From Leptolyngbyaceae cyanobacterium (GTDB lineage Bacteria; Cyanobacteriota; Cyanobacteriia; Phormidesmidales; Phormidesmidaceae), in NCBI GenBank assembly GCA_965263355.1, contig CBDHHL010000032.1, positions 544,001-608,000 of the forward strand: 64,000 nt of DNA, given 5' to 3'. The notes beneath the pieces were generated by a model that ran no database searches, had not been told where the DNA came from, and saw only the letters and a program-made list of their open reading frames with translations. A program made the translations under genes and the position numbers. This document shows, one piece after another, positions 9,601 to 16,552 of the stretch. How positions within the stretch are numbered: the first letter of the stretch is position 1; each line of letters opens with the position of its first letter.

Positions 9601-11166
9601 CTTGTTGTATTTCAGTGCCAGGGAAATTTCCTTCGCACAGTAGGGCGAGTTAATGGAGTGAGGGCTGATGATAAATATAAAATTGTGGCTTTTTTCGATG
9701 CCGTCATTGATTTGTGCCTGGAAGTCTACGCCTAGGGGAATATCATTTTGATCAAACCAGACCTGAAACCCGTGGCGATTGAGCTGTTGACACAGATCAG
9801 TGGCAAAGGCTTTACTATCGATGCGACCATAGGAAATAAAAGCATCATAGAACTGATTAATACCTTGACTGGCCTGGATATAGGCGGTGTGCAAATCGGT
9901 GGGAGAACTGCCCGATGGACTGGGTTCCGATAGCCAGGCTTGGGCCATGGCAAAGGCATCGGACCTGAGTAAAAACTTGCGATCGCGATCCTGACGTTCC
10001 CAGGCCAATGCCTTTACCAACAGACGTTTATGTTGGTCCACATAGTCTGCCGAGGTCCTGAGAGTGCGAATAAGCTTATCTATAGCCTGATCAAAGTGAC
10101 TATCAGACGCTAGGGACGAAAAATCAATAAACTGCAACGCGCGCAAGTCGGTGGGCAATGTTGCCATATCCATGGACTGCACCAGCAGTGGAATGATCCG
10201 CTTATGGTAGCGACGAGCATAGGCGCATTCCTGTTGACAATAGCTTGACGCTAACGCATTAGGAGACAGCAATAAAACAATATTGTCGGTTTTTTCAATA
10301 CCCCGATTGATAGCGACCTGAAAGTCTTCAGCGGTGGGAATGTCTACGGTATTTACCCAAACCGTTACCCCCTCACGCATCATGCGCTTACGGACCTTCT
10401 CCTGAATGGCCATATCCTCTTTACTGTAGGATATAAAAACTTGAGTCATCTGGTCATTGGCAGCCTTCAGACTTTCCGTAATAAATTCGCACTGTAAGTC
10501 AGTGGGGATACAGGGCGGTTGTTTGTCTTTAAAGCGAATGTTTAACCATTGTGCTGCCTTCGCCAATTTCTCAGTATCTGTTAACAAATAGTTGGCCTGA
10601 CGCTGCTGACGCTGCCAGCTGAGAGATTGTAGCAACAGCTGTGTATGTTGGTGCACATAGGGGTGATATTGGGTCAGCATGGTTTGTAATCCAGCCATGC
10701 CTGTCTCAAAGTTATCTATCCCCTCACGCAAGTACACCCAGTCAATTTTTCGAATCTCAGGGTGCATATTGGGAAAACTGCTGTGCATTCCCTTTTCTTG
10801 GAGGGCATGCCAGTCGCCTGTATCGGCATCCGGAGTAAGCTGTTGCCAGGTTTCGTAGCTGATTTCCTCAATATGCAACAGTGGAATAATGCGCTTACTA
10901 TGGGTCAGCGCTAGCTCGATTTCCCGAGTACAGTAAGGGGAATTAACAGAATAGGGAGAAATAATAAAGAGAAAATTATCTGCATTCTCAATGGCATCCT
11001 CAATCTGATTTTGATACCCCATCCCCTGAGGACTATGCTCAAAATCAACCCAGACCTCTAACCCTGCCTCAACGAGGTGATCATAGATCTGCTTGGTAAA
11101 CAAACGGCTGTCTGTCCTGCCATAAGAAATAAAGACATCCTGCAGAAAAGAAGGAGGGGGTGTCAT
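6682..11166 (-). CDS. Multi-TIR (5x) + CHASE2 membrane protein
   Basis: Four FIS(Y/C)...S-x-YC-x-x-E TIR domains plus a degenerate fifth. These are followed by a TM segment, CHASE2 (AYDQFLRWRP, IGLDFFRD, RIVLIG, PGVYVHGQMISQL) and 3 C-terminal TM helices. Confidence 0.9.
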   Translation of the reverse strand: MTPPPSFLQDVFISYGRTDSRLFTKQIYDHLVEAGLEVWVDFEHSPQGMGYQNQIEDAIENADNFLFIISPYSVNSPYCTREIELALTHSKRIIPLLHIEEISYETWQQLTPDADTGDWHALQEKGMHSSFPNMHPEIRKIDWVYLREGIDNFETGMAGLQTMLTQYHPYVHQHTQLLLQSLSWQRQQRQANYLLTDTEKLAKAAQWLNIRFKDKQPPCIPTDLQCEFITESLKAANDQMTQVFISYSKEDMAIQEKVRKRMMREGVTVWVNTVDIPTAEDFQVAINRGIEKTDNIVLLLSPNALASSYCQQECAYARRYHKRIIPLLVQSMDMATLPTDLRALQFIDFSSLASDSHFDQAIDKLIRTLRTSADYVDQHKRLLVKALAWERQDRDRKFLLRSDAFAMAQAWLSEPSPSGSSPTDLHTAYIQASQGINQFYDAFISYGRIDSKAFATDLCQQLNRHGFQVWFDQNDIPLGVDFQAQINDGIEKSHNFIFIISPHSINSPYCAKEISLALKYNKRIIPILQVEEIGYSTWKARNPSDSPDHWKIYKAKGKHSSFPNMPPDIGRINWINARPGIDDLDTAINGLIELCHRHEDYVHQHTELLISALAWERHQRQATYLLMGEERLRAQTWLQTEFTKEQLPCKPNLVQAEFITESIKAADGGMTQVFISCAEEDLTTKEIVRYHLLQAGVTVWTSTVDIRMGEDFEVAIQRGLEEADNVVYLISQASLASVYCQQEIDQALDLNKRVIPMLVEDVNLALIPETIRKIQFINLTDNQASIDLEKDMAELLQAIQREASYHNQHKRLLVRALKWERQQQNPSLLLQRQIQDTYLAWAQTAKNRQPNGALPLQLAFLDASQRQSPDQTLGVFFIHHIDDYDFSHRLNETLLVQGKSAWLSPDGSAGETDRLDDTHLLIDNAETVLFILSPSAVRCQACLDQLAYARSQQKRILPVIYRAVVKSTLPEGIESLPWSDFRRHDGDFLVNFGELFRTLESDPHHVRSHTRLLVKAAEWDAAQRDESFLLRGNDLAESVRWLEQAQDKTPSVTALQKAYIQASQALPFKKIKARSVALATVVSALAVSVIRLLGGFQPLETRAYDQFLRWRPNETEQDERLLIVKVDFPSGEWLRQQMIDGRYTPGIGTIPENALSEAIRVLNRHDARLIGLDFFRDFPAKGALANDLAWMDNLFGICQTADKQANEQVGDIGNEMPETRVGFANFLQDGGNIVRRHYLTQQVSGDSSCLTEESFSLLLAKTYLETEGITYENTSDAETVGVISFNTVVVPNIDSNGTAYSAMTENLGWSSWIDYQTLINFRTYDDPESQGRGSRLKDFAQQVSLEAVIQDKVDPALIRDRIVLIGYTDFSDRNSDDFNTPYGDSIPGVYVHGQMISQLINAALEERPLIRWWSFVEESGWILLWSGVGGLIFWRCVRLRPLLLASAGSIGVLTIACYGSMVWSAIWIPWVPALMAWGLTGGAVGYMTYRYRSV

Positions 11167-11209
11167 AAATATTAGATGCCTACTAAGGGCCTAGACTGGA
11201 TAATGAGGC

Positions 11210-12403
11210 TCAGAAACCATAGCTCCAACGGGCACGATATCCCCGTGCATCGATATGGGTAAAGACGGATGCGCTTGCCAGTCCGCCGCGATCTCGCCAC
11301 CAAGGTTCTAACTTCCGGTTTACGTCCGGTGGAGAAACACCCTGAACGACAAAATCAACCGCATCTCCAGAAAGATGACGAGAACGACTAGCGCCACCTG
11401 CTCGACGGTTTGAAGCGGGATCACGATACCAGGAGTTAACCGTAATGGGACGTCCTCCCAAATAATCCCGTACTTCTTCCATAACCTCGGCAATTTTGAT
11501 AATACCGTCGACTACAGTGTCATCCACAGGAATACGATTGCCATTTTTTGTTGCTTCGGCCCAGCTAAAGTGACCATCCGTCAGGATCGGATCGCCTAGA
11601 TAAACCGTCCCTAGTTTGGGGACGGTAATGGATCGACCGCGATCCCGTTCAGCGATCTTCGTTTCTGGTTCAACCGGCGGGTCCTGGGGCTTGTTGTCAG
11701 CGTCCGTACCCTCTAACTGAATATGCTGGGCAAAAACATACCAATCAACGCGATCATTTTGCCCCATCAGCATCCCGTCGGGGATCCGGACTTTTACATG
11801 GTTTGACTTGTCCGGTTCATCACTGAGTAACTGCAACCGCGTACCTGCACTGACTAATATTTTGTCAGTGTCCGCCAGTTGAAAGCTCTGTTTTGGACTC
11901 ACCTTAAATAAGGTATCTGCCAATACAAGCATCTCGGTGGACCCTTTGGGATTACCGAGATCAATCAACTGCTGCGACTGCATATAGCGCATAATAGCTG
12001 CCGCACCGATGCGAGGCGTTTTTGGCTTGGCTATGTTAGTGCCCCCCCAAACCCAAGTAGACGCTTGCCCAGCACCGTCTCTAAACCCGTGCCATAGGTC
12101 AACGCCCCACAACAGCGCCCCTAGGGTGCGGGTCTTCGCCTGATGGAATTTTTTGGCAATCAGAGCATCGATTACCTGACGTTCAAACTGAGCGGGCTCA
12201 CGAAAGTTCCACTCGCTATAGTGCAAAATTCCCACAAACCACCAGGGCACACTAGTGGCTTTTTCCACAGCTTCGTAGTGCGATCGCAATTGCACCATGC
12301 GACCCACAATTCCCCTCACGGTAGGCTCCGCATCTGGCAGCAGCTCACAACCCTCAAATGCTGACTTATACTCTGGCTCAAGTTTTTTTAGAGTCAAATC
12401 CAT
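11210..12403 (-). CDS. Peptidoglycan hydrolase: lysozyme-like N-terminus + peptidase M15A (D-Ala-D-Ala metallopeptidase) C-terminus
   Basis: C-terminal SWYR..N..GGASRSRHLSGDAVD...FTHIDARG has intact H/D/H Zn ligands. N-terminal YEAVEKATSVPWWFVGILHYSE is lysozyme-family-like. Confidence 0.85.
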   Translation of the reverse strand: MDLTLKKLEPEYKSAFEGCELLPDAEPTVRGIVGRMVQLRSHYEAVEKATSVPWWFVGILHYSEWNFREPAQFERQVIDALIAKKFHQAKTRTLGALLWGVDLWHGFRDGAGQASTWVWGGTNIAKPKTPRIGAAAIMRYMQSQQLIDLGNPKGSTEMLVLADTLFKVSPKQSFQLADTDKILVSAGTRLQLLSDEPDKSNHVKVRIPDGMLMGQNDRVDWYVFAQHIQLEGTDADNKPQDPPVEPETKIAERDRGRSITVPKLGTVYLGDPILTDGHFSWAEATKNGNRIPVDDTVVDGIIKIAEVMEEVRDYLGGRPITVNSWYRDPASNRRAGGASRSRHLSGDAVDFVVQGVSPPDVNRKLEPWWRDRGGLASASVFTHIDARGYRARWSYGF

Positions 12404-12807
12404 GGAGCTAGTAGATGAAACAACAGAGATAAATAGCAGCCAAGAGAACTTAAATAGAATCCACAGGAGGTGCTACAAGCAATAAGCAATTGAATACCAG
12501 CAATCTCACTGACAACAACCAACGCTAAGACTCATTTAATTACCTACATCAGCCCATACCTTTAGCAATAGTTACAAAGCCTAGCCAATGCAATGAACCG
12601 ATAACATTTATAGAAAATTTATGCTAGCTCAAATAATAATGAAGAATTTATACTTTAGCGATGGTGCCCAGATAAAACCAACAAGATAAATTGTTCGTAA
12701 GTTAATTTTTATAAATCTAAGAGTTAGTTTACAAAGCTAAAGCGTGTACCTTTGAGTTGCGTTTTAGCTAAAAAGCTTGTCCTTGACTCGCATCTAATCA
12801 AAATAAA

Positions 12808-14337
12808 ATGGCCAAGAAAAGTTCTTACAACGATTATCTTAAGCAAACCCTAGGAGGGTTAATTGATAGGCTTGATATTTCAGAGTTACGTAAGGAATTT
12901 CTCAAAAATCGCTGGCTAGATCAGGTGATGTGGCTAGAAGGAAAGGCCACTAAAGAGCGGGATAGACACTACAAGCTGCGTTTGGTAACTATCATTGGCG
13001 GTGTGATTGTTCCAGTCATGGTAGGCCTAAACCTTGAAGGTCCGCTCGAAAAGCAGCTTAAGTATGCCGCCCTTGGGCTAAGTACAATAGTGGCTATTTC
13101 CGCTGCTGTCGAAGAATTCTTTTTGCCGAGTGAGAAGTACCGCAATTATCGTAGTACGGCAGAAAGCATGAAAATTGAGGGTTGGCAGTTTATGCAATTG
13201 GCAGGCCCTTATCGTAAATTCAAGGTTCATTCAGACGCCTATAAGATATTTGCCCAACGGGTTGAAGCCTATATTCAAAAAGATGTAGAAGGGTTCATTG
13301 CCCGTTTAGAAGAGAAACAGGAGGAAAGTAAGGAGGACGCTGATGAGGCGGCCAATAACGTTGAACAGACCCTTATGAGTCTCAATCAACAGTTAGAGGA
13401 AGAACGGGCGCAGCGTTTGGAGTTAGAGCGTGCACGTTTGGCTGAACAACAAGCTAGCAGTCCATCACCGACCCTGGATGATGGAGGTGGTTATTCTGGT
13501 TCCCTGATGGATATTCAGATGCCTCCATCTACTGATGAGGGAGATTTTGAGGAAAGCTTACCCCAGGAAAGCCGCCTGACTGAACCGTTGGCTGGTGTGC
13601 AGTCCCTGATGTCATCACAACCAACGGCTAGCCGAACCCGTGAAGTTTCCAGTAGAACAATTAAGACATCTAGTAGCCTCCCTCCCTTAGGTCAATATGC
13701 CCTGGAATGGGAGGAAACGGTTGACTTTAACGCGCTAAAAACAATTTTGACTGAGCAGAATAGTACTGGCACCCAGACCAATGGAGGGGCTAGTGGCGCT
13801 GAACCTCAGTTAACTACACCTGATGAAGTTTCTCAAATCTTGGAATGTCCGTTAGAAGACTGCAAAGTCTATCTGCCAGGCGTTTTACTGGCGATGCAAA
13901 AGTACGACATCTATGACAAGTCCGTATTGATTGGTCTATTAGCCACCATTCGCATTGAGACTGGCGGTTTCAAACCGGTCCATGAATGGGGAGGAGAAAG
14001 CTACTGGAAACGCTACGAAGATCGAGCAGATTTGGGTAATGTTAACCCTGGTGATGGCGTGAAATACCATGGCCGTGGCTACATTCAGCTTACAGGACGG
14101 GCTAATTACCATGACTATGGTAAGAAGCTGGGTGTGGATCTTGAAAATAATCCAGATTTAGCCATGGATCCTGAAATATCAGCTCAAGTTCTGGCCTGCT
14201 ACTTCAAAGAGCGTGGTGTGGCAACGGCGGCCCGTGAAAACGATTGGCGACGCGTACGCAAGTTAGTTAATGGTGGTTACCACGGCTGGGATGTGTTTTC
14301 AAGATATGTTGAGCGGGCTCAGGCTCGATTGGCATAA
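12808..14337 (+). CDS. DUF4231 (SLATT-like, 2 TM) domain fused to GH19 lysozyme/chitinase-like domain
   Basis: N-terminal RWLDQVMWLE...two TM...YRSTAESMKIEGWQF. Then a coiled/low-complexity linker. C-terminal ATIRIETGGF...YEDRADLGN...GDGVKYHGRGYIQLTGRANY...VNGG. Confidence 0.88.
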   Translation: MAKKSSYNDYLKQTLGGLIDRLDISELRKEFLKNRWLDQVMWLEGKATKERDRHYKLRLVTIIGGVIVPVMVGLNLEGPLEKQLKYAALGLSTIVAISAAVEEFFLPSEKYRNYRSTAESMKIEGWQFMQLAGPYRKFKVHSDAYKIFAQRVEAYIQKDVEGFIARLEEKQEESKEDADEAANNVEQTLMSLNQQLEEERAQRLELERARLAEQQASSPSPTLDDGGGYSGSLMDIQMPPSTDEGDFEESLPQESRLTEPLAGVQSLMSSQPTASRTREVSSRTIKTSSSLPPLGQYALEWEETVDFNALKTILTEQNSTGTQTNGGASGAEPQLTTPDEVSQILECPLEDCKVYLPGVLLAMQKYDIYDKSVLIGLLATIRIETGGFKPVHEWGGESYWKRYEDRADLGNVNPGDGVKYHGRGYIQLTGRANYHDYGKKLGVDLENNPDLAMDPEISAQVLACYFKERGVATAARENDWRRVRKLVNGGYHGWDVFSRYVERAQARLA

Positions 14338-14662
14338 ACTTGACATAAATCCAAGAAGATGTTATTAGCCAAGATGTTACGAGGCCCGAGTTTGATTGCA
14401 TCAATAACTAATGCTCTAAAGGCAACGATAGATTATTAGTCAAATGCGAGCCAGGCATAGCAACTGCATAGTGCTTGTGGTGCTTGTAACGGTATTGGAT
14501 TCTATGATTTTGTGCGTATACTTTGTTCACACCCCTAACTAAAATTAGATCGCTTTATCTATAAATTTGGACGGATTCTACAGGATAAGGGTATTTTGGG
14601 GTGTAAGTAAGTTAAACAATCCACCCAGACCTGTCGGTCACCTTTGTTAAGAGAGATACGAA

Positions 14663-15454
14663 ATGCCCAAAACTTCAGCTGACGAACTTGTTGAACATAG
14701 GTTTTCTAATGGGCAGCTGGCCAAAATACTCAAGGTGGCTGACAGTACTGGTTATAAAAAAGCATTATCAATTGTTGGCTTACAGGGGCCGACACCTACA
14801 TTGTTGGTGATTGGTGGAGCTAGCAATATGACGCCTGAAAGTCAGGCAAAGCTAATTCAATTCTTTAATAATGCATTAGCAATCTTGTCAGAAAGATTAG
14901 GGATTACCGTATTAGACGGTGGCACTGATGCTGGGGTGATCCATATGATGGGGCAAGCGCGTTATCACGTCAGCGGTCAGTTTAATCTTGTTGGAGTTGC
15001 CCCGCTAAATAGGGTTATTTTTCCAGTTGATGAGATGCCTTTACCAGCCTCGGATGATGAAAACTATCCTCCAGTAGAATTGGAACCCCATCACACCCAC
15101 TTTTTTCTAGTTCCTGGTGAAAACTGGGGTAGTGAGTCGCGATGGCTAGCAAGATTTTCGTCAGTTTTGGCCGGACATTTTCCCTCCATGACTTTACTAA
15201 TTAATGGAGGTCAGGTATCTCTCAAGGACTTGAAGCTCAATTTAGAGTTTGGTAGGCAAGTTACGATCATCGCTGGCAGTGGTCGTTTAGCAGATGCGGT
15301 GGCCGATACTATTAGCGGTGTAGCCCCCTCTGAAGATAAAACGATCCAGCATTTAGTAAACACCTATTATCCCAGCCAGTTGTCGGTCTTTAATCTCCTA
15401 TCAAGTTCATTAGATGACTTAAAGGCTCAATTGGACATCTATTTTGATTGCTAA
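14663..15454 (+). CDS. SLOG-superfamily protein (TRPM-like prokaryotic LSDAT)
   Basis: LLVIGGA, LDGGTDAGV, LVGVAP, LEPHHTHFFLVPG..WGSES, LLINGG and AGSGRLAD motifs. Confidence 0.85.
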   Translation: MPKTSADELVEHRFSNGQLAKILKVADSTGYKKALSIVGLQGPTPTLLVIGGASNMTPESQAKLIQFFNNALAILSERLGITVLDGGTDAGVIHMMGQARYHVSGQFNLVGVAPLNRVIFPVDEMPLPASDDENYPPVELEPHHTHFFLVPGENWGSESRWLARFSSVLAGHFPSMTLLINGGQVSLKDLKLNLEFGRQVTIIAGSGRLADAVADTISGVAPSEDKTIQHLVNTYYPSQLSVFNLLSSSLDDLKAQLDIYFDC

Positions 15455-15639
15455 TGGTTAGCAGATGGCTAGAGATTGCAGCCATTGGCAAATCTAGCTG
15501 GTTTAGCAATAGCATTCTCTGCCAGGGGAGCAGCAGTAATTGTTAAGAATTAGAATCAGCAATTGGCAAGGTATGCTAAAGTTCTATGGCAATGAATTGC
15601 TAAGCTTAGTGACAATCAGTTTTCGGTACGATACGCTCA

Positions 15640-15667
15640 CAGTTCAACTCGACCAGTTCAACTCGAC
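15640..15667 (+). repeat. 14-bp tandem duplication in rbp leader
   Basis: CAGTTCAACTCGAC x2. Confidence 0.85.
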
Positions 15668-15735
15668 TTCGATTTGATTACTAGAGGAGGGATCTCCCGT
15701 ATAACTCGTCGCATATTTAATCTAGGAGATTCTCT

Positions 15736-16008
15736 ATGTCCATTTATGTTGGAAATCTGTCCTATGATGCTACTCAGGAAGACATTAATGCTGTCTTTAC
15801 TGAGTATGGAGCAGTCCAGCGTGTCCATCTACCGACGGATCGTGAAACCGGTCGTCCCCGTGGTTTTGCCTTTGTAGAGATGTCTTCGGAAGATGAAGAG
15901 ACCGCTGCCATTGAGGCACTGGATGGTGCAGAGTGGATGGGTAGGGATCTACGGGTTAACAAGGCGCGCCCTCGTGAGCAGCGTGGCGGCGGTGGCGGTC
16001 GTTTTTAA
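15736..16008 (+). CDS. rbp: RRM RNA-binding protein (Rbp) with Gly-rich tail
   Basis: MSIYVGNL (RNP2) and RGFAFVEM (RNP1). Confidence 0.95.
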   Translation: MSIYVGNLSYDATQEDINAVFTEYGAVQRVHLPTDRETGRPRGFAFVEMSSEDEETAAIEALDGAEWMGRDLRVNKARPREQRGGGGGRF

Positions 16009-16108
16009 TTAAGAGTTCTGCCTAATTGGGGTTGTGTGCTTTGCACTTAGCTCTGGTCTATCATGGGGCAGTTGGTCTGCCCCATTTTTGTCGTTAAAGG
16101 AGATTACT

Positions 16109-16327
16109 ATGGCCCAGGTTATCCTTGGGGATGATGAAGGTATTGAGTCAGCGCTGCGAAGATTTAAGCGGAAGGTTGTACAAGCGGGCATTTTTTCAGA
16201 TATGAAAAAGCACCGCTATTTTGAGACACCTGCTGAGAAGCTAAAGCGCAAGGCGATCGCAAAGCATCGTCAAAAGCGTTGGAGCCGTAATCGCAGTAAC
16301 CGCAATAACAACAATAAAGACGGATAA
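16109..16327 (+). CDS. rpsU: 30S ribosomal protein S21
   Basis: [12 protein letters not shown]...RYFETP, with AAGGAG RBS before ATG 16109. Confidence 0.95.
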   Translation: MAQVILGDDEGIESALRRFKRKVVQAGIFSDMKKHRYFETPAEKLKRKAIAKHRQKRWSRNRSNRNNNNKDG

Positions 16328-16372
16328 GGCTGACTAAACCTTCACAGGTTAGGGCTGACTAAACCTTCACAG
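16328..16372 (+). repeat. 20-bp direct repeat after rpsU stop
   Basis: GGCTGACTAAACCTTCACAG at 16328 and 16353. Confidence 0.85.
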
Positions 16373-16503
16373 ATATAGACATGTCCATCGTGACTGTTTT
16401 GCTTTGGAAGAAAATCAAGAAAAAATTATTGGTTTCAGTTTTGGTGTGGTTTAACTTTCCGGTTCTACCATCTTAATTGAAGTAATAGTCGCAATAATGA
16501 TAC

Positions 16504-16534
16504 ACGACCTGTTTAACATTAAACAGGTCGTTTT
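16504..16534 (+). terminator. Intrinsic terminator-like hairpin between convergent rpsU and carB
   Basis: ACGACCTGTTTAA-CA-TTAAACAGGTCGT followed by Ts. Confidence 0.7.
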
Positions 16535-16552
16535 CTCTGCTATACGATTTTA

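Noticed and set aside
11210..14337. Prophage lysis cassette
   Set aside because: No integrase, terminase or structural genes nearby; the context is signalling domains.
6682..15454. Canonical Thoeris
   Set aside because: No SIR2, Macro or similar ThsA effector is present. SLOG is stand-alone and the TIRs are in a membrane CHASE2 protein.
16034..16108. Longer rpsU start
   Set aside because: The RBS and S21 similarity point to ATG 16109.
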